Below are positions 19,002 to 29,522 of a stretch of 64,000 nt of DNA, in pieces; positions within the stretch are counted from its first letter, which is position 1, and each line of letters begins with the position of its first letter. A model generated the notes under the pieces. It had not been told where the DNA came from. It saw only the letters and a program-made list of their open reading frames with translations, and ran no database searches. The position numbers and the translations under genes were made by a program. Location of the stretch: assembly GCA_018993265.1 (NCBI GenBank), contig JAGKSW010000002.1:20609-84608 (forward strand), in the 5' to 3' direction. The DNA comes from Nostoc sp. TH1S01. Lineage in GTDB: Bacteria; Cyanobacteriota; Cyanobacteriia; Cyanobacteriales; Nostocaceae.

Positions 19002-20168
19002 CTATACCAAAGTTTTTTGCTTACGTAAACTTTGAATGGTAGCGATCGCATGTTTTGCTACTATATCAATTTCCTCAGATGTGTTAAATCTGCCAATACC
19101 AAACCGCACGGAAGCATAAGCTAGTTGCTCAGAATTTCCCAAGGCTGTGAGAACATAGGAAGGTGCGGTAACTGCCGATGAACAAGCAGAACCAGAAGAT
19201 ACCGCCATCACAGGTTGCAGTCCGAGGGATAATGCAGCACCATCAATTCCCTCAACACTGATGTTCAAGTTTCCTGGGAGTCGCTGCGTCGGGTGTCCGT
19301 TCAGGTGAATTCCTGCTATTTGTGACAATTGTTTCCACAAACTTTCTCTTAATTGAGTCAGACGTGCAGTTTCGGTTGCTTGTTCTGCTAAAGCCAGTTC
19401 TATAGCTTTCCCAAAACCAACTATTTGCGGTGTGTACAAAGTTCCCGAACGCATTCCCCGTTCATGTCCACCGCCATGTTGTTGGGGTGCTAGTTGCACT
19501 CTGGGGTTGCGCCTACGGACGTATAATGCACCGATACCTTTTGGCCCGTATACTTTATGAGCAGTCAACGACATTAAATCAATGTTCATTGCTTGCACAT
19601 CTAAGGGGATTTTACCAATAGCTTGGGCTGCATCGGTATGGAATATGATATTGCGATCGCGGCAAATTTTGCCAATGTCTGCTATTGGCTGTAAAACACC
19701 AATTTCGTTATTCGCCGCCATCACAGATACTAAAATTGTCTCTGGACGACAGGCTTTTTCTAATTGACTTAAATCAATCAGTCCATCTTGTTGTACTGGC
19801 AAAATTGTAATTTCAAACCCTAGTGTTTTCAGATATTGGCAAGGGTCTAAAACTGCTTTATGTTCGGTCGCTACAGTAATAATATGCTGACCTTTTTGAA
19901 AATAAGCTTCAGCAATACCTTTAATGGCTAAATTATTCGCTTCTGTTGCACCACTAGTAAATACAATTTCTTCGGGTGTGGCGTTAATTGCTGCTGCTAA
20001 GGTTTCTCGCGTTTGTTTGACAGCCGCTTCTGCTTCCCAACCATAAACATGACTAATACTAGCAGGATTACCAAACTTTTCGGTGAAATATGGCAACATT
20101 GCGGCTAATACTCGTTCATCTACTGGTGTAGTAGCATGGCAATCAAGATAAATAGGACGATGAGACAT
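19002..20168 (-). CDS. iscS: Cysteine desulfurase (IscS/NifS family)
   Basis: IYLDCHATTP, FTSGATE, TAHKVYGPKG and SSGSACSS. Confidence 0.92.
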   Translation of the reverse strand: MSHRPIYLDCHATTPVDERVLAAMLPYFTEKFGNPASISHVYGWEAEAAVKQTRETLAAAINATPEEIVFTSGATEANNLAIKGIAEAYFQKGQHIITVATEHKAVLDPCQYLKTLGFEITILPVQQDGLIDLSQLEKACRPETILVSVMAANNEIGVLQPIADIGKICRDRNIIFHTDAAQAIGKIPLDVQAMNIDLMSLTAHKVYGPKGIGALYVRRRNPRVQLAPQQHGGGHERGMRSGTLYTPQIVGFGKAIELALAEQATETARLTQLRESLWKQLSQIAGIHLNGHPTQRLPGNLNISVEGIDGAALSLGLQPVMAVSSGSACSSAVTAPSYVLTALGNSEQLAYASVRFGIGRFNTSEEIDIVAKHAIATIQSLRKQKTLV

Positions 20169-20171
20169 AAA

Positions 20172-20810
20172 TTACGTTAAAACTTGACTGAGTTTTTTTA
20201 ATATTTGCAGAACTCTATATAACTCATTTTCTCGCCTAGATAAAGTAAATTTATCAGACAAAGCATATTGAGGTTTATCTTGTTTTATCAGCTTGATAAA
20301 TTGAAAATCTTCACCATTGGTAACAAGCCCAAACACAGGCTTGTCTGTATTGGGACTACCCAACATGTATACTAAAGCCTGGGGAATCGCTTCTAAAAGA
20401 GATAAGCTGGCTCTTTTAGATTCTATTACCAACAGCCAAAATTGCTCTTGAATAACCAAGACATCGATTCTGCCTCTGACAATTTCTTCTGCTTCTTCGA
20501 CTGCAATTTCTACAGACTCTTCAGTGGCGATCGCAAATGGCTCTCGATAAAATCCTGCTAAGTCTAGTAGAGGTGATAGTATCACCATTTTGACCGCATT
20601 TTCTAAAATTGGTGGGCGCTTAACTAAACTTAAAAAATTAGCTTTGACTCTATCCAAATATTGTTGATCTAAAGTTGTCACTGCCGGTAAATTTTCCAGC
20701 CATTCTGTGAAAAATCTTTCATCTTCTGAAATTTGGAGACTAAATCTTTCCTCTAAATAGGCAAGTCCGATATTTTGCGCTTGAACGACTTGAACCATAT
20801 TAAATATCAT
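20172..20810 (-). CDS. Type I restriction HsdR N-terminal-like (PD-(D/E)XK) protein
   Basis: GRIDVLV...LVIESK...QALVYM...GLVTNG. Confidence 0.75.
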   Translation of the reverse strand: MIFNMVQVVQAQNIGLAYLEERFSLQISEDERFFTEWLENLPAVTTLDQQYLDRVKANFLSLVKRPPILENAVKMVILSPLLDLAGFYREPFAIATEESVEIAVEEAEEIVRGRIDVLVIQEQFWLLVIESKRASLSLLEAIPQALVYMLGSPNTDKPVFGLVTNGEDFQFIKLIKQDKPQYALSDKFTLSRRENELYRVLQILKKLSQVLT

Positions 20811-20841
20811 GAATTTGGATGAATTCTGCCCAAATTAACTT

Positions 20842-21618
20842 TTAATCAAGAGTATCTGGATCTATACCCAAGGCTCTTAATTGTTCCGCCAATTTTTGAG
20901 CGCGTTGTGCTTCTTCTTGAGCGCGTTGTGCCTCTTGTTGGGCGCGTTGTGCCTCTTGTTGAACTTGTTGTTCTGCTAACTCAGCGCGTTGTTGTGCTTG
21001 TTTAACTTGTTCTGCGGGTGTGGGATATCTGTTTCCACATTCGTCATACCAATAAAGCCATTCTCTGGTTACACCAGAGTAATTTCCTCGTTCGCAACCA
21101 ATTCCTAAGCCAATTTCTGGTAGCCAAACAGGATTGCCTGATTGTAATTGATATTTACCATTAACTAACTTATGTACTTCTAAGCGAGGTTTGCGGCGAC
21201 GACGAGAAGAGTAAATCACATAATAAAGTACACCTAAAGCCTCATATTCATTTAACTTTTCGCTGTATTCTTTGCGATAGTTTGGCGAAACTACTTCTAA
21301 CACCAAAGTTGGTGTAACATTTTCATCCCACAAAACATAACTCGGACGCAGTTCTTCATCATAAAACCTTTCTACGCCCAAACTTAAAAAACCATCGGGG
21401 ACAATTGGCGGTTCATCAGGGTGATAATAAATACCCATATCCACACCAAAGAACCAGTCCATACGTTCTGACCAGAGTATTAACAAAATTGCCTTAAGCA
21501 ACCCTGGTATTAATTCTTGCAGTTCATTATCCACAGGTGTTTCATCAGAGTCAGGCAGTTCCTCAGCAGAGGGCAAATACCTCGGCAAGTTGTACTCTAA
21601 CATGGCTGGTTTCCCCAA
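20842..21618 (-). CDS. Uma2/DUF820 family putative endonuclease
   Basis: IVPDGFLSLG and LVLEVVS motifs; C-terminal QEAQRA coiled-coil repeats. Confidence 0.9.
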   Translation of the reverse strand: MGKPAMLEYNLPRYLPSAEELPDSDETPVDNELQELIPGLLKAILLILWSERMDWFFGVDMGIYYHPDEPPIVPDGFLSLGVERFYDEELRPSYVLWDENVTPTLVLEVVSPNYRKEYSEKLNEYEALGVLYYVIYSSRRRRKPRLEVHKLVNGKYQLQSGNPVWLPEIGLGIGCERGNYSGVTREWLYWYDECGNRYPTPAEQVKQAQQRAELAEQQVQQEAQRAQQEAQRAQEEAQRAQKLAEQLRALGIDPDTLD

Positions 21619-22054
21619 AACTTACGGACACTTGGCTTTAGTCTATGAATCCACGCCAATCTTCTCACCAGAATTATAACGATTTCGGATCAATAGGTTA
21701 GTAAGAATTCAGGAGTCAGAAGTCAGAATCCAGAATGATTCATAAATCCGACTCTCCATTCCCTACTGCTTACTCCCCTTATATCCATAAGTTTTAACAA
21801 TTAATAAATATCTTAGTTTTTTGGATCTCTTATTGGTTTATATTACCAAAGGGTGGATGTATTAACAGCCACTCGTTTTCTGAGACTAGGAGGCAGTGCC
21901 ATACTATCCCTTCAACTGACACTCTAAATATCAACACTACTAAGTTGGCAATCTAAGTTGATAGTAAAACGAATATTTTTGCTGAATTGCCACGGATAAA
22001 GACTAAACTAAAAAGTCTTGTGCAGCAAAACCTATAGAATTAAATGAAGTAATC

Positions 22055-23635
22055 ATGTCCAAGGTTCTCGTCTCCGATCCTATTGATCAAGCTGGGATTG
22101 ATATTTTATCCCAAGTTGCGACCGTTGATGTCAAAACTGGTTTAAAACCCGCCGAATTAATCGAAATTATTGGTGATTACGATGCACTAATGATTCGTTC
22201 TGGTACCAGGGTAACAGAAGAAATTATCGAGGCTGGCACGCAGTTAAAAATTATTGGTCGTGCTGGTGTAGGTGTAGATAACGTTGATGTGCCTGCTGCT
22301 ACCCGCAAAGGCATCGTTGTAGTTAATTCTCCGGAAGGAAATACGATCGCAGCAGCAGAACACGCCCTGGCGATGATGTTGGCTTTATCTCGTCACATTC
22401 CTGATGCGAATGCTTCGGTGAAACGTGGTGAATGGGATCGTAAAACTTTTGTTGGTGCGGAAGTTTACAAAAAAACTCTCGGTATTGTTGGTTTAGGTAA
22501 AATTGGTTCCCACGTTGCGGCTGTGGCTAAAGCAATGGGGATGAAATTACTAGCTTACGATCCTTTCATTTCGAGCGAAAGAGCCGAACAAATTGGCTGT
22601 CAGTTGGTAGAGTTGGATTTACTGATGCAGCAAGCAGACTACATCACACTCCACATTCCCAAAACCCCAGAAACTACCCATTTAATCAACGCCACAACTT
22701 TGGCAAAAATGAAGACCACAGCGCGGATTATTAACTGCGCTCGTGGTGGGATTATTGATGAAGCAGCTTTAGCCGCAGCTATTAAAGAAGGTAAAATTGC
22801 TGGTGCAGCGTTGGATGTGTTTGAGTCTGAACCATTGGGTGAATCGGAATTGCGATCGCTCGGTAAAGACATCATCCTCACCCCCCACTTGGGAGCCTCC
22901 ACCACAGAAGCGCAAGTCAATGTAGCCATTGATGTTGCTGAACAAATCCGCGATGTCCTGTTAGGACTCCCTGCTCGTTCCGCCGTCAACATTCCTGGAC
23001 TCGGCCCCGATGTCTTGGAAGAACTCAAACCTTATATGCAATTGGCAGAAACCTTGGGTAACTTGGTAGGTCAGTTAGCTGGCGGTCGCGTCGAAACACT
23101 GACCGTGAGACTGCAAGGGGAACTAGCAACGAATAAGAGTCAACCCTTAGTAGTCGCAGCACTCAAAGGTCTGCTTTACCAAGCTCTGCGGGAACGAGTA
23201 AATTACGTCAACGCCAACATCGAAGCTAAAGAACGGGGAATTCGCGTCATTGAAACACGAGATGCTTCTGTGCGTGACTATGCTGGTTCTTTACGTTTGG
23301 AAGCCACAGGGACTTTAGGTACTCACTCAGTTACAGGTGCTTTGTTGGGTGAAAAAGAAATTCACTTAACAGACGTTGATGGTTTCCCGATTAACGTTCC
23401 CCCCAGCAAATATATGCTATTTACTTTACACCGCGATATGCCGGGAATTATCGGTAAACTCGGTTCTCTTCTCGGCAGTTTTAACGTCAACATTGCTAGT
23501 ATGCAGGTAGGGCGTAAAATTGTCCGTGGTGATGCTGTTATGGCTTTGAGTATTGATGATCCTCTACCCGATGGCATTTTAGAGGAAATTACCAAAGTAC
23601 AAGGCATTCGTGACGCGTATACAGTAACACTTTAA
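22055..23635 (+). CDS. serA: D-3-phosphoglycerate dehydrogenase
   Basis: GRAGVGVDN, GLGKIG, NCARGG, TPHLGAST; C-terminal ACT domain. Confidence 0.97.
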   Translation: MSKVLVSDPIDQAGIDILSQVATVDVKTGLKPAELIEIIGDYDALMIRSGTRVTEEIIEAGTQLKIIGRAGVGVDNVDVPAATRKGIVVVNSPEGNTIAAAEHALAMMLALSRHIPDANASVKRGEWDRKTFVGAEVYKKTLGIVGLGKIGSHVAAVAKAMGMKLLAYDPFISSERAEQIGCQLVELDLLMQQADYITLHIPKTPETTHLINATTLAKMKTTARIINCARGGIIDEAALAAAIKEGKIAGAALDVFESEPLGESELRSLGKDIILTPHLGASTTEAQVNVAIDVAEQIRDVLLGLPARSAVNIPGLGPDVLEELKPYMQLAETLGNLVGQLAGGRVETLTVRLQGELATNKSQPLVVAALKGLLYQALRERVNYVNANIEAKERGIRVIETRDASVRDYAGSLRLEATGTLGTHSVTGALLGEKEIHLTDVDGFPINVPPSKYMLFTLHRDMPGIIGKLGSLLGSFNVNIASMQVGRKIVRGDAVMALSIDDPLPDGILEEITKVQGIRDAYTVTL

Positions 23636-23765
23636 AAGTGCTGAGTGCTGAGTTGAAAGTGCTGAGTGAAGAATATTAAAAGTTCAGAGCAACTTACCAC
23701 TCTCATCATTCTTGCACAGACGCAACGCGTCCCGACTCAGCACTCAGCACTCAGCACTCAGCACT
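23636..23765. repeat. STRR heptamer repeats (GTGCTGA / CAGCACT) between serA and prmA
   Basis: Tandem heptamers in opposite orientations at about 23638-23668 and 23735-23765. Confidence 0.85.
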
Positions 23766-23770
23766 TAGAT

Positions 23771-24685
23771 ATGGCAAACACTTGGTGGGAACTACAAATT
23801 TTATGTGAACCAGAGCTAGAAGATTCTATCTTTTGGCGACTGGAAGATTTTGGTAGCCGGGGAACGGCGAGCGAACGCAAAGGAAATTCCTCGTTAGTTA
23901 AGGCTTACCTACCGCAATTTCAAGCACAGTTATTAGATTTGGCAGCATTGGCGCTAAGGTTGCGTCAAGATGCTTTGTGTGTGGGCATGTCTGCACCTAG
24001 CTTGCATTGGCAATTAATTGATGAAGAAGATTGGGCGAGTAGCTGGAAGCAATATTGGCAACCCCAAGAAATTGGCGATCGCTTTTTGATTAACCCTGCA
24101 TGGCTACCAACGCCAGAAACAGAACGGTTAATCATCTTACTTGATCCTGGTGTAGCCTTTGGGACAGGGAACCATGCCACCACTCAACTGTGTTTAGAAG
24201 CCTTAGAAATGCGCTTGAGCGAAGTGCCGCAATCTTTTATGGGCAAGCAAGAAAAAGAACCAGTCATAATTGCAGATATCGGTTGTGGTTCTGGCATTTT
24301 ATCCATCGGTGCAGTTTTGCTAGGAGCCGAAAAAGTTTATGCCGTGGATAATGATCCCTTGGCAGTACAATCAACTTTTAGCAATCGCACCCTCAACAAC
24401 GTTAGTCCAGAACGCTTGATTCCAGCGGAAGGTAGTGTAGATGTTTTGAGCAAAATCATCGAAAAACCAGTAGATGGTATCGTTTGTAATATCTTGGCTG
24501 ACGTAATTATTCAGTTGGTTCCAGAAATGACGGCGATCGCAAAACCTAGCACTTGGGCAATTTTTAGCGGCATTTTAATCGAACAATCCAAATCTGTAGC
24601 AGATGCCTTAGAAAAACACGGTTGGGTAGTCGCCGCTTTGTGGAAAAAGAAAGAATGGTGCTGTTTAAATGTGCGGCGTTCTTGA
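23771..24685 (+). CDS. prmA: Ribosomal protein L11 methyltransferase
   Basis: [23 protein letters not shown] and NILAD. The likely start is the ATG at 23771, because the ORF-track extension runs through STRR repeats. Confidence 0.93.
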   Translation: MANTWWELQILCEPELEDSIFWRLEDFGSRGTASERKGNSSLVKAYLPQFQAQLLDLAALALRLRQDALCVGMSAPSLHWQLIDEEDWASSWKQYWQPQEIGDRFLINPAWLPTPETERLIILLDPGVAFGTGNHATTQLCLEALEMRLSEVPQSFMGKQEKEPVIIADIGCGSGILSIGAVLLGAEKVYAVDNDPLAVQSTFSNRTLNNVSPERLIPAEGSVDVLSKIIEKPVDGIVCNILADVIIQLVPEMTAIAKPSTWAIFSGILIEQSKSVADALEKHGWVVAALWKKKEWCCLNVRRS

Positions 24686-24833
24686 TTTCAGGAAAATGTA
24701 ATAGCTCTAGCTGTTGTATTTAAATCACTTTATCACCCTGCTTTTTTAAATCAGTGGGGTGATTTGTTTTTGCTAATTGATGTCTTGTAACTATTTTTGG
24801 AACACACCCTTCATATCTTGTCTGGTAAATTAC

Positions 24834-24945
24834 TTGTCATTACGTAGGTGTAAGCTTTCCCGTAGGGTACGTAGCGACAGCGAAGTGAAGTAATCGCAGA
24901 GTCATTGTGATTGCTTCGTTTCACTTCGTTGCACTCGCAATGACA
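24834..24945. repeat. Palindromic dispersed repeat (TGTCATT...GCAATGACA type) with an inserted CTTTCCCGTAGGGTA unit
   Basis: GCGAAGTGAAGTAATC / GATTGCTTCGTTTCACTTCGT imperfect inverted repeat; the inserted unit also occurs near 57670 and 63761. Confidence 0.6.
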
Positions 24946-25188
24946 TACTGTAACTGATTAAGCGGACTTGATATTATCTGTAATGATGCAAAGTTTTGCA
25001 CCCTAGCTGATTGATTTTTCACATTCTTTTGGCAAGATATTTAACAAATTCATCAGCTATTATACCTCTATCTTTTGATATATATTTTTTTTAATTTTCA
25101 TCCGAAATAGACATTTTGAACTTTGTATTTAAAGTTTGTTGTCTACATAGCTGTAAAACACACTTAGTAAGTAAACTAGAAAAAAATT

Positions 25189-25824
25189 ATGATAATTCAA
25201 GATTCTCATCTTCTCCATCTCACTAAGACATCAGCACAGCAATCAGTTAAATCACAACATTTACAAAATTTCCCTCTTCGTCTGGGACAACAAGCTGACT
25301 TTTTACAAGAAGTTTTAGAGAGCTTAGAGGATGGCATTTTAATTATTAGTAAAACAGGTAAAATACTTCATGCCAATGCTGCGGCTCATGATATTTGTTT
25401 TGAATTAAACCAAGATAAACCAAACGCAAATTTCCTTCCCTCAACAATTTGGTATCTCTGCCAATCCTTATTAAATAGCCAGAGTCAAGTTCCTGATAAA
25501 CTCATGGTTTTATCAGATGAAATTGTGTTAGATAAGTCAACTGCTTTTCGCATCAGAGTCAGATTGTTAAATTTAGATATGTTGCAATCTCCCTGCTTTT
25601 TGGTGATTATCGAGAACCGATATGAATCTTTAAAAAATGCTGCGATCGCAGAAGTTAAAAAATATGATCTCACTCCACGAGAAGCTGAAATTTGGTTCCT
25701 ATACCGCAGTAATTACAGCTATAAAGAAATTGCAGACAAACTTTATATTACCATTAATACAGTTAAAAAACACATGAAAAGTATCCATGCTAAACGCCAA
25801 GCATTTTTAACCATTCAATGCTAA
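25189..25824 (+). CDS. LuxR-type HTH transcriptional regulator with a PAS-like N-terminal region
   Basis: LTPREAEIWFL...SYKEIADKLYITINTVKKHMKSI. Confidence 0.88.
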   Translation: MIIQDSHLLHLTKTSAQQSVKSQHLQNFPLRLGQQADFLQEVLESLEDGILIISKTGKILHANAAAHDICFELNQDKPNANFLPSTIWYLCQSLLNSQSQVPDKLMVLSDEIVLDKSTAFRIRVRLLNLDMLQSPCFLVIIENRYESLKNAAIAEVKKYDLTPREAEIWFLYRSNYSYKEIADKLYITINTVKKHMKSIHAKRQAFLTIQC

Positions 25825-25979
25825 TTATTCATAGTGCTTATTATTCAAACATAGGATATGAACAAAGAGTATTAGCTGAGTTTTGCTTGTAGCTGTTAAC
25901 TTGTTTATAACCTATTTGTTAAAATTGTGGCTAAAAGATGTAAATTTAATTGGCAACCATGAATTTATGTAATTTATTT

Positions 25980-26234
25980 TTATTTATACCTCAGTTTTAA
26001 ACATAGAATTATCAGGTTAAAAATAAATGATATGGCATTAGCAATAATAATTGGCAAAGCTTGTAAAGCAATACCATAAACTAACCATAATAATAAGCCA
26101 CTCATAAATGTAATCAACATCACAAAAGAAACATCTTTTGCTGATTTTGTTTTCCAGGTTTTAAACATCTGAGGCAAAAATGCGATGGTAGTTAATGCCC
26201 CGGCGACTAACCCTAAAATTGTCAAAAAATCCAT
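25980..26234 (-). CDS. SemiSWEET (PQ-loop) transporter
   Basis: 84 aa, three TM helices, FLPQMFKTWKTKSAKDVS. Confidence 0.9.
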   Translation of the reverse strand: MDFLTILGLVAGALTTIAFLPQMFKTWKTKSAKDVSFVMLITFMSGLLLWLVYGIALQALPIIIANAISFIFNLIILCLKLRYK

Positions 26235-26483
26235 TAATTTGTGTAATTTATTCTAGCTTTTTTAGTGTAGCATTTCTCTGAAATACCATTGTTATTGTGT
26301 TTTTATTAAACAGCATCAAAATATAAACAAGGGCAAGCATAAGCTTACCCCACAAAAGTCTGATAATTTAAATTTACAGCAAATTTAAGTTAGAGAAGTA
26401 CACAATTTAGTTCTCAAAGCTAGATAGAGAGCCTATTTTTATTCTGAATTCTGACTCCTGACTCCTGAATTCTGCTGTAAGTC

Positions 26484-27572
26484 CTACAACACCTTACACT
26501 GTCCGTGATGCCGCAACAAATGATCACATAGCACCAGTGCTACCATTGCTTCCACCATTGGGACTGCACGTGGTAATACACAAGGATCATGTCTGCCTTT
26601 CGCAGCTAATACTGTTTCTTCACCTTCACGAGTGACTGTTTTCTGTTCTTTTCTAATAGTTGCTGTTGGTTTAAAAGCAACACGTAAAATTATATTTTCG
26701 CCGTTGGAAATACCGCCTTGAATACCACCAGAACGGTTAGTTACAGTGCGAATTTCACCATTTTCATCGATATAAAATTCGTCGTTATGTTCAATTCCAG
26801 TTAATAATGTGCCGGCAAAACCTGAACCAATTTCAAAACCTTTACTAGCAGGAAGCGACATCACAGCTTTGGCAATATCAGCTTCTAACTTATCAAATAC
26901 TGGTTCGCCCAAACCTTTCGGCACATTTCGAGCCACACATTCCACCACACCGCCGATAGAATCACCTTGTCTGCCGATTTGTTCGATTAATTCAATCATG
27001 CGATGGGCGCATTCTTCATCAGGACAGCGGACAATATTGCTTTCTACTTGTTCTAAAGTGACAGTATTAGGGTCAACTATGCCCTCTAAATCTTTGATGC
27101 GCTTGACATAACTAATCACTTCTACATTAGCAACTTGTCGGAGAATTTTTTTAGCGATCGCACCTGCGGCAACTCTCCCAATTGTCTCCCGCGCTGACGA
27201 CCTACCGCCGCCTTGCCAATTCCGAATTCCGTACTTAGCATCATAGGTTGCATCGGCATGAGAAGGGCGATATTTCACCGCCATTTCATCATAGTCTTGC
27301 GGACGTGTGTCTTTATTCCGCACTAAGATAGCGATCGGTGTCCCCAGAGTTTTTCCTTCAAACACTCCAGATAAAATCTCACAGGTGTCTGCTTCCTTAC
27401 GCGGCGTGGTAATCTTACTTTGTCCTGGTCGCCTTCTGTCTAACTCAAACTGAATTTCTTCTGTTGTGATCTCCAGTTGCGGAGGACAACCATCAATTAC
27501 AACTCCCACACCGCCGCCGTGGGATTCACCAAAGGTAGTGATGCGAAATAGATGCCCAAAAGTATTGCCCAT
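26484..27572 (-). CDS. aroC: Chorismate synthase
   Basis: [20 protein letters not shown] and GRHDPCV. Confidence 0.97.
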   Translation of the reverse strand: MGNTFGHLFRITTFGESHGGGVGVVIDGCPPQLEITTEEIQFELDRRRPGQSKITTPRKEADTCEILSGVFEGKTLGTPIAILVRNKDTRPQDYDEMAVKYRPSHADATYDAKYGIRNWQGGGRSSARETIGRVAAGAIAKKILRQVANVEVISYVKRIKDLEGIVDPNTVTLEQVESNIVRCPDEECAHRMIELIEQIGRQGDSIGGVVECVARNVPKGLGEPVFDKLEADIAKAVMSLPASKGFEIGSGFAGTLLTGIEHNDEFYIDENGEIRTVTNRSGGIQGGISNGENIILRVAFKPTATIRKEQKTVTREGEETVLAAKGRHDPCVLPRAVPMVEAMVALVLCDHLLRHHGQCKVL

Positions 27573-27729
27573 GATTGTGAGGAAAAAGGATAAGGCTTAT
27601 GTATTCTACCGAGAGTTTTTGCAAATGTTAAGTTTCACGAATTAGGAATTGGAGATTCTGGCAAATACAAAACTACCAACTCTGAAATATTTAGATTAGG
27701 TTTGGTTTTGGACTTTGGACAAAAAAATA

Positions 27730-27754
27730 AGTTCGCGTAAAAATAGGGCGAACT
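27730..27754 (-). terminator. Rho-independent terminator on the minus strand
   Basis: AGTTCGC...GCGAACT stem; the minus-strand T tract corresponds to AAAAAAA at 27721-27727. Confidence 0.55.
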
Positions 27755-27937
27755 AAAAGACCATTAATCTTTTTCAGCCTCTTCTATCAAATCGGCAGAA
27801 CCAGTAAGTAAGGTATCTATTCCAACGGTGCGATCTGCTAACCAGGGCGAGTAGGACACAGGAACCCGACTAACTGAGCTGATGTCGTTAAAAACTGCGC
27901 TCAATCCAACAATCAGCATAAATTAAAAATAAATTTT

Positions 27938-28389
27938 ATGGGATATCACAGCAATTTGCAGATTAATCAGTCTATTGCCGAAGCTGCCCACAGCGCAATT
28001 CTCGACAAGCTGAAAGGATGGGAGATGGAAGAAGACGGACTTGTAGCTGACTGGGACAAGCTAAGTTTTGCCACTACACTAACTCATGAAGACTTTGACG
28101 GCGTTCTTGAACTCACCTACGACATGGACGAAACCGCTTTAGTAGGCATTTACAGCAGTTTCGATATTCGTGAAATACTGTAGAGACGTTACATGTAACG
28201 TCTCTACATGGTTTTAGGTTGTACGCTTGTACCTCATGTACCCAAAATATGCTGTACATAGAACTTAACTCCAATGCCTACACTGACACCGTGAAGCGAG
28301 GGATTAATGACGATGACAAGGAGCCAGAAGAAATGATTGAGACTGCTGTCAAACTAATCAACATGGCGATGGAAATATTGAAAGCCTAA
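27938..28389 (+). pseudogene. Hypothetical protein interrupted by a MITE
   Basis: Removing 28153-28254 plus one TA restores a continuous 115-aa ORF ...ALVGIYIELNSNAYTDTVKRG...MEILKA*. Confidence 0.8.
28153..28254. mobile_element. 102-bp MITE-like element, copy 2
   Basis: Inverted relative to 3786-3887; TA at 28151-28152 and at 28255-28256. Confidence 0.88.
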
Positions 28390-28435
28390 GCTGCATAGCA
28401 GCTTGATTGTATAATAGACATCTTTCATATCGCGC

Positions 28436-28744
28436 ATGTCTGGCCAATTGCGGGGCCAGAAATTACGCCCACACCAAATACTGCTTGTGCTAAACCTTGC
28501 TCGGCAGTTTGCCCAAGTCTATTGGAAAAAATATACCAAACCCCGACGTGATGCCTTTGCCCAAGTTATGGAACGAGCCAAGTCCAGAGGTGAAATCCAG
28601 GCGGATGCTGACATTGACTTGATTATTGACTTAGTAAGTGGTTCACTATATTACGCACTTGTCTTTAAACCCACGCCAGAACCATTAGCCAGTTATATGC
28701 GCCAGAGTATGGAACTGATTATCAAAGGCGTTGGCACTGATTAG
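28436..28744 (+). pseudogene. TetR C-terminal domain fragment lacking the HTH
   Basis: YW...PRRDAFAQVMERAKSRGEIQADADIDLIIDLVSGSLYY resembles a TetR C-terminal domain; no N-terminal HTH. Confidence 0.55.
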
Positions 28745-28878
28745 AAGAGTTGGGCAGATTTATCCATGACAAATATACTTAAATATCAGTATTAAATCTT
28801 CATAGACTTAAAGAGTCTATGTTGGATGCAAGATTTCTTTGATCCTGATCCATTTAACGGCAAAACTTAACAGACAGA

Positions 28879-29238
28879 CTAATCTTCAGTAATTTCTGGT
28901 GTCTCTTGTTGCAGTATTGCATGGCAATATTGAATTAAAGTAGTGAGGCGATCGCTAATGGTTTGAAGTCTGGTTTTTGCTGTTGCAGCCTGCCGTGCGC
29001 CTTGGAAAAATGTGACATCAATTTCCAATAAGCGCAGTTGTTTACTAATTTCCGTTTGATAAGACAGTTCTTTTGAGTCTGCTGTTGCTAAAGGCACAAT
29101 CTCCCGTTGAAATAACTGACGCAAGTCAGCAACACGCTGTCGCAGTTGGGTTTTGTCAACTTCCACAGCAGTGACATCAGAACGTAACTGCACTAATAAA
29201 TTTGCCAGTGCCTGATATTTCTCACAATTTAAAGACAT
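28879..29238 (-). CDS. patD: Heterocyst frequency control protein PatD-like
   Basis: MSLNCEKYQ...SYQTEISKQLRLLEIDVTFFQGARQ; divergent from relA/spoT. Confidence 0.75.
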   Translation of the reverse strand: MSLNCEKYQALANLLVQLRSDVTAVEVDKTQLRQRVADLRQLFQREIVPLATADSKELSYQTEISKQLRLLEIDVTFFQGARQAATAKTRLQTISDRLTTLIQYCHAILQQETPEITED

Positions 29239-29522
29239 CTAGTGCCATTTAAGATAGTATTAATGACAAGAATTTTTTCTTCTACAGTATATCTTCTTGA
29301 AACATTATCACTATCACAAGCCTCAAATCCCCTTTTGAGGCTTTATTCGCCATCGTTAGTTTTTCCAGATGATGCCTGTTGAAAGCTACAATGGATGACT
29401 ACCACTAGGCAATAGACTCATCATCCTCACACTGCATTTATTATCCCCACCAGGGACACAGGATCACCATTAGTTGATGCTGTAAACTTCGTCCATCCTA
29501 CTATTCACCGATCACCTCTTGT

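Noticed and set aside
20920-21000. Repeated GCGCGTTGTGCCTCTTGTTG units
   Set aside because: They encode the usual QEAQRA coiled-coil tail of Uma2 proteins and are not an independent element.
23666-23770. N-terminal extension of PrmA in the ORF track
   Set aside because: It is translated STRR repeat sequence (QHSALSTQH); the real start is most likely the ATG at 23771.
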